From Candidatus Multivoraceae bacterium (GTDB lineage Bacteria > Acidobacteriota > Thermoanaerobaculia > Multivoradales > Multivoraceae): DNA of 64,000 nucleotides. Position 1 is the first letter of the stretch. The number at the start of each line of letters is the position of its first letter. The stretch lies in assembly GCA_965223385.1 (NCBI GenBank), contig CBDCWR010000007.1:2413803-2477802 (forward strand), read 5' to 3'. Below, piece by piece: positions 1 to 9,201 of the stretch. Below the pieces are notes generated by a model. The model was not told the DNA's origin. It worked only from the letters and a program-made list of their open reading frames with translations, and ran no database searches. The position numbers and the translations under genes were made by a program.

Positions 1-684
1 CTGGGCATTCCGTTCGGCAACATCCCGGGCATCAGCCGCAAGCGCTTCCGGTTCCACAACACGCGGCCGAGTCGGAGAATCCGCGAAGGGTGTCAGGCCC
101 TGGCGGTCGACGAGCACCGCAAGGCGTACGACGCCGTCCTGTGGACGAACTTCCTCGCACGCGACCCGGAGTCGGAGCGGATCGCCGACGTCGAGCGCCG
201 CGCCGAGCTCGAGCACTCCGGCATCGAGCAGCGGTGGTTCGTCGGGGCGCATTCGGACGTCGGCGGCGGCTATACCGACCGGCGCCTCGCGCTGGCGCCG
301 CTCGCCTGGATCCAGGAGCGGGCCCACCGGGCGGGCCTGCGCTTCTCGGAGCTGCTCGAGGCCAAATCGGGAGAGCACCTGAGCGCGACCCCGGTGGACT
401 CGTATGCGCGCTTCCTCAAGGGTGCCTATCGGTTTTTTCGACTCGGCGTGCGGCACCATCGCGCCGTGGGGCGCCTGCTCCAGCGGAAGACCGGGAAGAG
501 GCCGGGCTGGGTGGAGACGGTCAACGAGTCGATCGACCCGACGGTGCTCGAGCGCTGGCGGACCGACACGACCTATCGCCCGGCGAGCCTGGTGCGCTTC
601 GAGGAGCGGCGTGGTGTGCGGCTCCGCGACGAGCCGATGGACCAACCGCTCCGGATCGACAGCAACTGGGCCGACCTGAGGTGA
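1..684 (+). CDS. DUF2235-family alpha/beta hydrolase (T6SS Tle1-like phospholipase fold), 5'-truncated by the window edge
   Basis: Frame 1 is open from base 1 to the stop at 682-684. The translation carries the DUF2235 hallmark WFVGAHSDVGGGY. The overlapping ORFs at 90..722 and 394..684 are other-frame or subset calls. Confidence 0.7.
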   Translation: MGIPFGNIPGISRKRFRFHNTRPSRRIREGCQALAVDEHRKAYDAVLWTNFLARDPESERIADVERRAELEHSGIEQRWFVGAHSDVGGGYTDRRLALAPLAWIQERAHRAGLRFSELLEAKSGEHLSATPVDSYARFLKGAYRFFRLGVRHHRAVGRLLQRKTGKRPGWVETVNESIDPTVLERWRTDTTYRPASLVRFEERRGVRLRDEPMDQPLRIDSNWADLR

Positions 685-690
685 GCGTCT

Positions 691-1140
691 CTACTGCGGT
701 TCGAGCACCACGACCGGAATGAGCCGATCGCCGGCGCGCTCCTGGTACTCGTCGTAGGGCGGGTAGATCTCGGCGAGCTGGCCCCACAGGTCCTTGCGCT
801 CGTCACCCTCGGCCACGCGGGCGGTCGCCTTCATCTTCTGCGAGGCCACCTGCACGTCGCACTGCGGCTGCGCCTCGAGGTTGAGGTACCAGGACGGGTG
901 TGCCGGAGCACCGCCTTTCGAAGCGATGATCACGTAGTTGTCGCCGACCTTCTTGTAGATCAAAGGCAGGGGCCGGGGCTCGCCCGACTTCCGCCCGACC
1001 GTGGTGAGCAGGAGGGTCGGAAGCGCGCCGATCCCGCCGCCGAGGGTCGAGTCCCACATGTGGGCCTTCTCGGGGTCCTCCTGATAGAGCTTGATGTGGT
1101 CGCTGATCCACTGCGGCAGGTAGGACGGAAGGTCGGTCAT
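691..1140 (-). CDS. Deazaflavin (F420)-dependent nitroreductase-family protein (DUF385)
   Basis: The C-terminal 149 aa of the 691..1557 ORF, from MTDLPSY, include LLLTTVGRKSGEPRPLPL...IIASKGGAPAHPSWYLNL, typical of the DUF385 F420-dependent family. The upstream part of the long ORF is low-complexity and not protein-like. Confidence 0.75.
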   Translation of the reverse strand: MTDLPSYLPQWISDHIKLYQEDPEKAHMWDSTLGGGIGALPTLLLTTVGRKSGEPRPLPLIYKKVGDNYVIIASKGGAPAHPSWYLNLEAQPQCDVQVASQKMKATARVAEGDERKDLWGQLAEIYPPYDEYQERAGDRLIPVVVLEPQ

Positions 1141-1247
1141 GTCGGCGCTCCAGGGTCGAGTGGGGTGGACCACCAGCGTATCGCGGCGGACATGGTGCCG
1201 CGGGTGAAGCGCCGGAGCGGAGGCAAGGCTCCGCTCCGGAGTCGACC

Positions 1248-1448
1248 TCAGCTGACGACGAAGGTGACCTTGAGGCGGACCTTGTAGCCCACCACCTTGC
1301 CGTCCTTGACGGCAACCTCCTGGTCGCCGACCCAGGCGCTCTTGATGTCGTTGACGGTCTTCGAGGCACGCTCGATGCCGCCCTCGATGGCGTCGTCGAA
1401 GCTCTTGGTGGATTCGGAGGTGATCTCGATCGTCTTGGCAATGCTCAT
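1248..1448 (-). CDS. Dodecin (small flavin-binding protein)
   Basis: A 66-aa product, MSIAKTIEITSESTKSFDDAIEGGIERASKTV...YKVRLKVTFVVS, with the dodecin fold signature. It forms the 3' end of the spurious 621-aa ORF 1248..3113. Confidence 0.75.
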   Translation of the reverse strand: MSIAKTIEITSESTKSFDDAIEGGIERASKTVNDIKSAWVGDQEVAVKDGKVVGYKVRLKVTFVVS

Positions 1449-1666
1449 GGGAGTCTCCTTGGCCCAGCGGGCCGGGAACCGGTTTTCTGTGGAGGCACTC
1501 CTCAGCGCGAGGCTGGGGAGCGACGGCAGGAGAAGTGCCGGCCCGAGGTGCTGCCACTGCGGTGCTCCCGGTCTGGGCGCCTGCCCCTGCGCAGAGTTCG
1601 AGGGCTGAGACCGGGAGGGTTGACCGAAGTCACCTCCCGGCCTTCGCCGGACTGCGAGCTCGCCTG

Positions 1667-4615
1667 TCAGGGGCAGTAGGTCGGGTCCGTGTCGACCCGC
1701 AGCGTGCCCGAGATTCTGGTGCCCGCCTGGAACGTGACCCGGTTGGACACCTCCACCCGCAGGTTCCCCGTCCCGGTGACCGTGAGGTTCGCTCCCAGGA
1801 CGACGTTCTGCGCCGTCTCCGTCTGCGACCCGGTGATCGACTGGTTGTCGAGGGTGATCGTCGTCGGGCAGCTGGCGCAAGCCCCCACGAGGGTGTACGT
1901 GAGGTCGTAGGAGTTGATGACTCCGGTTCCGGCGGCTTCGTCGGCGCGCACGAAGTACGTGCCGGCCGGTAGCGGGTCCGACGCGCAGGTGCGGTCGATG
2001 AACGCGTCGCGGCCATTGACGGCGCTGTTGTCGTCGATCTCGATCTGCGACAGGCCGTTGTCGTACAGCGTGAGGCGCGGATCGTCCGGGTTGGTGGAGC
2101 TCGTGCCCAAGGTGACCTCCGATTGGGCGACGAGGGTGAACGTCACCCAGTCCTGGTCGCCGGCGGGGCACAGCTTGTGGGTCTGCGCGACGCCGGTGTT
2201 GATGGAGCTCGCCGCTCCGGACGAGTTGTCCGGCTCGAACGCATCGTCCGGCGCGCAGCCGCCGCCTGAAGACAGGTCGAGGCTCCACGCTCCGCGGCCC
2301 AGCGTTCCTGCCACCAGGAGCTCGTCCGAGCCGTCGTAGTCGAGCTCCAGAACGAGTGCGTTCGGCAGGCCACTCCCGAGCGCACTCCACGAGCTGAAGT
2401 CGGTGTCGTCGGCCACGAACACGCCGCGCTGGGTTCCCACGACGATGCGGTCGTTGGTTCCCGGAACGAACTCGATGGAGCGCACCGTCCCCGGGCTGAA
2501 CGAGGTGAAGAGGTTGCCCGTGATGTCGGTCCAGTTCGATCCCGAGTTGGTGGTCTCGAACACCTGGTTCTGGTCGACCGCAAAGGCGTGGGTGGCATCC
2601 CCCGTGTCCATCACCACGCCGCGAATCAGATCGCTGGACCCGGCGCTCGGATCGGTCTGCGTGGGGGCGGTCGGAGGGGCTGCGGTGCGCACCCAGACGT
2701 CGTCGCTCGCACCGAAGTAGAGCGCGTCGTCGTTGCTGGCGATGCCGTAGGCGATGACGCCACCGCCGCCGAAGTCGTTGATCGCCGCCGCAGCCGTGCC
2801 CGAGAGCCGCGTCACCGAGTCGAGGCGATCCAGGCTTTCGTACACGCCGTTGCTGCCGCCCACGATGAGCCGGGTCGGATCGTCGGCGTTGATGGCGAGG
2901 GGGGTCGTGAACTGCGGCGAGATCGCCGGAGAGCCCCCGGCCGGCGTGAGCGACGGGAAGGCCTGCGACTGCAGCGCGTTGGCCGCGTTGTACACCCGAC
3001 GCCGAATGCCGCTGAGGAACTGGGCGCTCATGTAGCGGGTCGACTGCGTGGCCACCGGATCGTCCTCGCCCACGGTCACGTCGCCGCCGTCGCCCGAGGT
3101 CGGAATGTCCCACACGAGGTTGGACGTCGCCATCTGCTCCGAGTTGGCGTTGTCCTGGTTGCCCGAGAGGATGATGTCGGACGTGCCGTCGTACACGACG
3201 TTGTGCTGCTCGAACACCGACAGGTTGCCCACGACCGACTCCCAGTCACCCGTGGTTCCGGCAGGGTTCGTGTGGCGGTAGATGCCGCCGTCGTCGCTTT
3301 GCAGCAGGTCGCCGTTCGCGTCGAACACCATTTTGCGGGAGTCGGCGTGAGTCGCCGTGTCGTTGGCGGTCCGCGCCGAGCCGCCACAACCTGCGAGCGC
3401 GGCACTGCCACAGTTGGTGATGGGCGTGGCCTGGCTGCCGGGCGTCTGCCCGCCGTCCACCTTGAACAGGCGGCCGCCGTAGTTGGAGGCGCCAATCGAG
3501 TTCGGAAACTGCACCCCTGGCAGGCCGTTCTCGTTGTTCGCCGGCTGACGGTCTCCGCCGATGTAGACGACGTCGTCGTCGACCGGATCCGCCTGCAGCG
3601 AGAAGTGGATGCCGCACTGACCGCCGGGGTGAATGCCGTAGCTGGTGCCCTGCTCCGTGGTGGACGGCAGGTCCATCGAGGTCCAGGTCGTGCCCGCGTT
3701 CTGTGAGTGGAAGAGGCCGGCGAGCTGGCCGCTGGTGCACACGGCCGCGAAGACGTTCGCATTCGCCCCTCCGGCCTCACCCACGGAGATCTCGGCGTTG
3801 GACGGTGTCGACTGGAGGAGGGTGTCGAGGGTGCCGGAGCTCACCTGGGTCCAGTTGGCCCCGGTGTCCGTGCTGCGGTAGAGACCGTCGGAGGCGGCGG
3901 CCAGACCGGTGGCGACGGTGAACAGGCGGGTGTTGTCGGTGGGGTCCTCGGCGAGGTCCCACGCGAAGCCGCACGGCAGTCCCGTGACCCCGGCGTTGTT
4001 CGAGATCTGCGTGAAGCTGGCGCCGGTGTCCGTGCTGCGGTAGATGCCCAGCGTGGAGCACAGGTTGCCCGAGTCCGTCGTGTTCACAGCGACCACGATG
4101 ATGTTGCCGCGCGCAGCGATTCCGGTGATGTTGACCCCGGAGAGGCCGGCGCCCGCGAGCTGCGTCCAGGTGGTTCCCCCGTTGGTCGTCCGGAGCACTC
4201 CGGCCCGGCTCCCGCCGAGGCGCCCGTACGAGCTCTGGAGCCCGACTCCTGCCACGAGCGTGTTGTTCGTGCCGTCGGTGGGGTCGAGCGCAAGCGCTCC
4301 GATCGAGAGAGACAGCTCGGAGTCGGTCTGGGGCGTCCACGAGGGCGATGCGGCGGTGGCGTCGTCGGTGCGGAAGATGCCGCCGTTGACGGCTCCGATC
4401 CACAGGATGTCGGGATCGGTCGGATGTGCCGCGATCGCTTCGATGGCACCGGAGATGGGGCTGTTGGGGACGTTCTCCACCTGGCCTCCCTGGGCGGGGG
4501 ACGGGCCCTCCAGGGTCCACGTCTGGCCAAGCGCGGCCGAGGCGCAGAACGAGCTCAGGAACAGGAGCAGGAGGAGGCGGACACTGCCGGGCTTTGAGGG
4601 TCGTCGAACACTCAC
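1667..4615 (-). CDS. Secreted BNR/Asp-box repeat protein (sialidase/GH74-like beta-propeller) with C-terminal PPC-like domain
   Basis: A 982-aa product with a signal peptide (MSVRRPSKPGSVRLLLLLFLSSFCASAALGQ) and repeated S-x-D-x-G-x-T-W Asp-box motifs (RSTDTGASF, RSTDTGANW, TTNGGTTW, SQNAGTTW, TTNSGSNW). GTG start, overlapping the upstream stop in a GTGA junction. Confidence 0.75.
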   Translation of the reverse strand: MSVRRPSKPGSVRLLLLLFLSSFCASAALGQTWTLEGPSPAQGGQVENVPNSPISGAIEAIAAHPTDPDILWIGAVNGGIFRTDDATAASPSWTPQTDSELSLSIGALALDPTDGTNNTLVAGVGLQSSYGRLGGSRAGVLRTTNGGTTWTQLAGAGLSGVNITGIAARGNIIVVAVNTTDSGNLCSTLGIYRSTDTGASFTQISNNAGVTGLPCGFAWDLAEDPTDNTRLFTVATGLAAASDGLYRSTDTGANWTQVSSGTLDTLLQSTPSNAEISVGEAGGANANVFAAVCTSGQLAGLFHSQNAGTTWTSMDLPSTTEQGTSYGIHPGGQCGIHFSLQADPVDDDVVYIGGDRQPANNENGLPGVQFPNSIGASNYGGRLFKVDGGQTPGSQATPITNCGSAALAGCGGSARTANDTATHADSRKMVFDANGDLLQSDDGGIYRHTNPAGTTGDWESVVGNLSVFEQHNVVYDGTSDIILSGNQDNANSEQMATSNLVWDIPTSGDGGDVTVGEDDPVATQSTRYMSAQFLSGIRRRVYNAANALQSQAFPSLTPAGGSPAISPQFTTPLAINADDPTRLIVGGSNGVYESLDRLDSVTRLSGTAAAAINDFGGGGVIAYGIASNDDALYFGASDDVWVRTAAPPTAPTQTDPSAGSSDLIRGVVMDTGDATHAFAVDQNQVFETTNSGSNWTDITGNLFTSFSPGTVRSIEFVPGTNDRIVVGTQRGVFVADDTDFSSWSALGSGLPNALVLELDYDGSDELLVAGTLGRGAWSLDLSSGGGCAPDDAFEPDNSSGAASSINTGVAQTHKLCPAGDQDWVTFTLVAQSEVTLGTSSTNPDDPRLTLYDNGLSQIEIDDNSAVNGRDAFIDRTCASDPLPAGTYFVRADEAAGTGVINSYDLTYTLVGACASCPTTITLDNQSITGSQTETAQNVVLGANLTVTGTGNLRVEVSNRVTFQAGTRISGTLRVDTDPTYCP

Positions 4616-5721
4616 GGCGGCACCTCCCCGTAGAAGCGGGTATCTCGGATCTCTGTTTGCCAGAGCACGGCGCCGCTGCCGAGGTCGCGGACCTCGACCG
4701 TGGGCGGGGTGTGCACCAGCTGGTCCTGACTCAGCTGGCCGTGCGCGTCGATCCGGCGTACGAGGGTGCTCCCGATCACGGCAAACGGGCCGTTGGAGCG
4801 TGCGGTCTCGAAGCTGCCGAGCTCGGTTCCCGTTTCGAGCGCGAAGAGGCGCCAGGTGTACTCCGTCGGGCCCGCCCCGGTGCGCTCCGTGACGAGGAGC
4901 GTCCGGCCGTCCGCCGCGGGCAGGTCGAGGATGAACGGTGCATTCGTGAGCTGCACGTCGGGCAACGCGGTTCCCGTGGTCGGGTCCCAGCGCTTGAGCG
5001 TGATGCCCTGGCGGCCTGGCGCAACCTCCGTCGCTGCGACGACCGCGCCGCTGACCCGGGGCGGAGTGGAGACGCGGGCGCTCTGCGCGAACGCCGTGGC
5101 TGCGGCGGGGAGTGGGGCTGGAGGTGCCGGCGCGATCGACGGCCCGAAGCGCAGCACGCCGAGGTCGAGGGTGTGGCGGTTCGTGACGTCCGTGGCCGGC
5201 GGTGCGGTCGCAGCGAGGCGGGCGCCGCCTCGCGTCGTCGCGCGGTGGAGCCAGTCGAGCTCCGGGCTGCCACTGCGCGTCGAGAACGAGGCCTCGAAGT
5301 GGTGCCCCAGCTGGTCGTCGATCACCGCGCGAACGCCGTCGGGCATCGCGAGCGGAACCCGTGCGGCGGTGGCTCCGTTCTGGAGCACGTCCAGGAGAAC
5401 CACCTGCAGCGTGTCCGGGGCTCCGAGCGCCTGCGCCGCGAGGAGGTTGCCGTGCAGGCCCAGCGGCATGGCCGCGGCGGTCGAGCTCCAGAGCTGCGTT
5501 CCGCTGGTGAGATCCAGAGCACTCACGGCATCGTTCGGCGCCATCACGTACACGTGCTGACGTGCCGGCGCCAGCACGACCCCAGGAGCCACGACGACGG
5601 CGTCCTGGCTCAGCTGGAGCTGGGGCGCGGTCGGCGCGAGCTGGGCCGCGGCGGCCACCGGAAGGAAGAGAACCGCGCTCGCCACTCGGGTGACGAAAAC
5701 GGCTGTCCGACGGAACTGCAC
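4612..5721 (-). CDS. Hypothetical secreted protein
   Basis: A 369-aa ORF with a signal peptide (MQFRRTAVFVTRVASAVLFLPVAAAAQ). Its stop is translationally coupled to the downstream BNR gene and it sits immediately downstream of the tail-fibre-like gene. No recognisable motif. Confidence 0.6.
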   Translation of the reverse strand: MQFRRTAVFVTRVASAVLFLPVAAAAQLAPTAPQLQLSQDAVVVAPGVVLAPARQHVYVMAPNDAVSALDLTSGTQLWSSTAAAMPLGLHGNLLAAQALGAPDTLQVVLLDVLQNGATAARVPLAMPDGVRAVIDDQLGHHFEASFSTRSGSPELDWLHRATTRGGARLAATAPPATDVTNRHTLDLGVLRFGPSIAPAPPAPLPAAATAFAQSARVSTPPRVSGAVVAATEVAPGRQGITLKRWDPTTGTALPDVQLTNAPFILDLPAADGRTLLVTERTGAGPTEYTWRLFALETGTELGSFETARSNGPFAVIGSTLVRRIDAHGQLSQDQLVHTPPTVEVRDLGSGAVLWQTEIRDTRFYGEVPP

Positions 5722-5731
5722 TCTCGCCGCC

Positions 5732-6499
5732 TCAGTTCTGCGGCTGCGTCTTTTCGAGGGCCTCCTGCAGCGCCTCGATCTGCTTCTGCTGCTCCTGGAC
5801 GACCCGGGCGAGCAGCGCGACCACGTCCATGCTGGCGAGTGTCTTGCGCTCGGGGTCCGCGATCAGCTCGGGCACGTCTTCCGCGATGAAGCCGAGTCGG
5901 GGGTCTTCGGGCGCCGCCTTGTAGTTGAAGGTGACCGGGCGCAGGTGGAGGAGCGCGCGCAGAGCGTCTTCCGCCGAGATTGCAGCGATGTTCTCTTTGA
6001 GCGCGCGGCTGGAGGCGTTCGTCCATACGCCACCCACCGTCAGGTGGGCCCCGCTCAGCTGCGCTTCGATCGGGTGGCCCGGGTTGAAGCCGTTGCCGAA
6101 GGTCGAGTCGAGGTGGAGCCCCACGAACCCTTCGTTGTCCACCATGAAGCGCTCCACGTTTGCGGTCATGAAGTAGAACGAAGGGTTCGGCGCCACCGCG
6201 CCGGCATCCGCGCGCACGTTGACGAAGCCGGAGGAGCGTCCGAAGCTCGAGCCCGAGTAGCCGAAGTTGAACGCAGGGCCGACGTTGGGATTGGGACCCA
6301 TTCCAGCGAAGAGGTCGGCCGTACCGGAGCCGGCGATGTGGAACATGCTCAGCGGCGTGTCCGTGCGGATGCCGACGTTGTTGTTGAGCACCGTCAGGGT
6401 GTCCTGGGCGACCAGGCTCGTGGCGCCGAACAGGAGTCCAGCAACCAGGAAGATGGTGGAAGCCGTGGCCTTCGGGTGGCCTCCGGTGACGTTGTGCAT
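5732..6499 (-). CDS. Tail-fibre-domain protein with C-terminal intramolecular chaperone (peptidase S74) domain, secreted
   Basis: A 255-aa product from MHNVTGG with a signal peptide and a Gly/Asn-rich N-terminal part. The C-terminus SSRALKENIAAISAEDALRALLHLRPVTFNYK matches the endosialidase-chaperone (S74) autocleaving motif. The remainder of the 811-aa ORF 5732..8167 is antisense to the ADOP permease. Confidence 0.65.
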   Translation of the reverse strand: MHNVTGGHPKATASTIFLVAGLLFGATSLVAQDTLTVLNNNVGIRTDTPLSMFHIAGSGTADLFAGMGPNPNVGPAFNFGYSGSSFGRSSGFVNVRADAGAVAPNPSFYFMTANVERFMVDNEGFVGLHLDSTFGNGFNPGHPIEAQLSGAHLTVGGVWTNASSRALKENIAAISAEDALRALLHLRPVTFNYKAAPEDPRLGFIAEDVPELIADPERKTLASMDVVALLARVVQEQQKQIEALQEALEKTQPQN

Positions 6500-6612
6500 G
6501 GGCGATCCCCCTCGCTGCGGACGTGTGATGTCGAATCGACGTATGCCGATGGCATCATAGTGGAGGCGACGCCACAACTCCGCCTCCGCGAGGGGACGCC
6601 TCTCGAGGGCCC

Positions 6613-9201
6613 TCAGTCGGCGCGAATCGCCTGCGCGGGGTCGATGCGCAGAGCGCGCAGCGCCGGCATCAGCGACCCCAGCAGGGTCATGAGAGCGCAG
6701 AGAACTGCGACGGCTCCGAGCGTCCAGACGTCGGCCGGGGGAACACCGGCGAGGAGCGCGCGCAGTGTCCGCGCGGCGCCGAAGGCGAGGAGCGCTCCCA
6801 CCACGAGACCACCGGCCGCGAGAGCGGCCCCGCGCCCCAGCACCAGTCCGAGGATGTCGGGGCGGGCCGCCCCCAGGGCCACGCGCACGCCGATCTCGCG
6901 CTGACGCTGCGACACGAGGAAGGAGAGCAGCCCGTGGATGCCGACCGCTGCGAGCAGGAGCGCCACCACGGCGAATGCGACGACCACCCGGAGCTGCCCC
7001 GTGCGCGATGCCGTCTGGGCGTCGACGATCTGGCGGAGCGTGCGCACGTTGGACACGGGCTGGAACGGATCGGCACGCGCCACGATGTCGCGTGTGACCT
7101 CCGTCAGCGCCTCCGGGTTGATGCTGCTGCGAATGGCGAGGTCTTTTGGCACGTAGAAGCTCAGCGAGCCGTCGGGCACCTGTGCCGCCGGGAGGTACAC
7201 CTGGGGCTCGCTGGGCCGCTCGAGGCCACGCACGCGCACGTTGCCGACGACCCCCACGATCTCGCGCTCCTGGAAGGCGAACTCGAAGCGCTCTCCGAGC
7301 GGCGGCACGTCGGGGAAGAAGCGGTCGACGAACGACTGACTGACCACCGCAACCGGCGGCGCGTCCTGGCGGTCGCTCGGCTCGATGCCCCGCCCCCGCA
7401 GAAGAGGAATCTGCAGCGTGTCGAGCAGGCCGGACGTGGCAAAGCGGAGGCTGGCTGCGCTGCCGCCTTCGCGGCGCCCGGCGTTCTCTTCGGTCGCCAC
7501 CGGCCAGATGCCACCGGTCATCGTCATGGGCAGGAAGCTGATGAAGCCGGCGTCGTCCACTCCGGGGAGTGCACGGATCTCGTCGACCACCTGTTGGTAC
7601 CAGGCCACCCGCTCTTCGGTCTGGGCGTACTGGGGCATGGGTAGAGCGACGCGCAGAGTGAGCACCTGGTCGGGCTCGAAGCCGGGGTCGACCGCTTGGA
7701 CGCGCCAGAGCGCCCGCAGCAGCAGACCGGCCGAGACGAGGAGGACCACCGAGCAGACGATGCCCGCCAGAACGAGCGCCGAGCGCAGCCCCTCGCGTCG
7801 GCCGCCGCCTCCGCGGTCGTGCTCGGCGAGCGCCGAGAAGCCGCCTCGCCCGATGCGCAGCGCCGGCAGCACCCCGATGGCGACGCCGGTGAGCAGGGTG
7901 AGCGCGCCGGCGAAGGCGAGCACCGTGAGGTCGACGGACGGCCGCGTGTCCACCGGGAGGTTGTGCGGCACCATGCTGGCGAGCAGTGGGAGGGAGGCGA
8001 CGGCGACACCCACCCCGAGCGCCCCTCCGGCGCCGGCCAGCACCAGGCTCTCGGTGAGCAGCTGGCGGGCGAGGCGCTCTCGCCCCGCACCCATGACGGC
8101 CCGCACCTGCAGCTCGCGCCGGCGCGCCAGGCTGCGCGCGAGCAGCAGGTTGGCGAGGTTGATGCACGTGATCAGCAGCACGCAGAGGGCGGCTCCGGCG
8201 AGGGCGAGCACGAGCAGGCGCGCCTGCTGCGAGAACTCCTGCCGGAGTGCCACCACGTTGGCGCCCACGTCCTTGTTCAACACCGGGTTCTCCTCCTCGA
8301 CCCGCGCGGCGATGCGGTCGAGCTCCGCCTGCACCTGCGCCAGATCGGTGCCAGGGTGCATGCGCCCGACCACCTTGAGGAAGTTGTTGTTCCGATCGAG
8401 GAGGTCCTCTTCGGGAATCTGCAGCGGCGCCCAGTAGTCGACCTCGCGGTTCGGGAAGAGGAAGGTGGGCGGCATGATCCCGATCACGGTGTGATCCCGA
8501 CCGTCGAGCTGGACGACCTCGCCGAGGAGGCTGCGGTCGCCGCCGAAGCGTGCCTGCCAGAGGCGGTGGCTCAGCACCGCGACAGGGGGTGATCCCACCA
8601 CGTCGTTCTCCGGCACGAAGCCGCGCCCCAGAGCCGGCCGGACGCCGAGCGTGTCGAACAGGCCCGACCCCACCACGGCGCCCTGCAGGCGCCGGGGGCG
8701 CCCCTCGCCGCCGACGAGGTTGGCTGCCGTCTCCGTGTAGGGCGCCCAGCTCTGCAGTGTGGTGATCTGTTCCGACCAGTCCTCGTAGTTGGGGGGCGAA
8801 AGCTCCATGCGGCTGTAGCCGACCCGCTTCTCCCAGAGCTTCACCAGCTGGTCACTCTGCGGAAACGGCAGAGGCCGCAGGAGCACGTAGTCGGCGACGG
8901 AGAAGACGGCCGTGTTGGCTCCGGTGCCGAGGGCGATGATCGCGATCGCGGTGAGCGCGAATGCGGGAGCGCGTCGGTACGCACGGAGCGTGTGTCGCAC
9001 GTCTTGGCGGAGGAGGTCGGCGTGCACCGCGGCGGCGTTGCCGGCGACCTCGAAGCAGGCCGCAAGCAGCATCCAGAGCCGCGCCAACGTGCCCCTCTCG
9101 GCGCGCCACCGGTCGCGGAAGATGGCACTCATCTCGGGCCCGTACTCGTGCCGGAACGAGGCGGGGTAGAGGCGCAGGAGAAGCCGATAGAAGGCCATCA
9201 T
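6613..9201 (-). CDS. ADOP-family ABC transporter permease (FtsX-like, MacB-type periplasmic domain, permease-prefix domain)
   Basis: An 862-aa product with an N-terminal prefix MMAFYRLLLRLYPASFRHEYG and duplicated FtsX permease halves. Its start overlaps the PadR stop (ATGA). Confidence 0.8.
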   Translation of the reverse strand: MMAFYRLLLRLYPASFRHEYGPEMSAIFRDRWRAERGTLARLWMLLAACFEVAGNAAAVHADLLRQDVRHTLRAYRRAPAFALTAIAIIALGTGANTAVFSVADYVLLRPLPFPQSDQLVKLWEKRVGYSRMELSPPNYEDWSEQITTLQSWAPYTETAANLVGGEGRPRRLQGAVVGSGLFDTLGVRPALGRGFVPENDVVGSPPVAVLSHRLWQARFGGDRSLLGEVVQLDGRDHTVIGIMPPTFLFPNREVDYWAPLQIPEEDLLDRNNNFLKVVGRMHPGTDLAQVQAELDRIAARVEEENPVLNKDVGANVVALRQEFSQQARLLVLALAGAALCVLLITCINLANLLLARSLARRRELQVRAVMGAGRERLARQLLTESLVLAGAGGALGVGVAVASLPLLASMVPHNLPVDTRPSVDLTVLAFAGALTLLTGVAIGVLPALRIGRGGFSALAEHDRGGGGRREGLRSALVLAGIVCSVVLLVSAGLLLRALWRVQAVDPGFEPDQVLTLRVALPMPQYAQTEERVAWYQQVVDEIRALPGVDDAGFISFLPMTMTGGIWPVATEENAGRREGGSAASLRFATSGLLDTLQIPLLRGRGIEPSDRQDAPPVAVVSQSFVDRFFPDVPPLGERFEFAFQEREIVGVVGNVRVRGLERPSEPQVYLPAAQVPDGSLSFYVPKDLAIRSSINPEALTEVTRDIVARADPFQPVSNVRTLRQIVDAQTASRTGQLRVVVAFAVVALLLAAVGIHGLLSFLVSQRQREIGVRVALGAARPDILGLVLGRGAALAAGGLVVGALLAFGAARTLRALLAGVPPADVWTLGAVAVLCALMTLLGSLMPALRALRIDPAQAIRAD

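Noticed and set aside
90-722. 210-aa plus-strand ORF
   Set aside because: It is in a different frame from the DUF2235 coding frame, which reads from base 1 and contains the family hallmark. Its product is Arg/Ala/Pro-rich.
1248-3113. 621-aa minus-strand ORF
   Set aside because: Apart from the C-terminal dodecin (1248-1448) it runs antisense through the BNR protein gene in another frame and is Arg/Gly/Pro-rich nonsense.
5732-8167. 811-aa ORF on the minus strand
   Set aside because: Only the last 255 codons (5732-6499) form a coherent secreted protein. The upstream 550 codons are Arg/Ala/Gly/Pro low-complexity antisense to nothing coding-like, and they overlap the ADOP permease interval in a different frame. 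This is a typical high-GC spurious extension.
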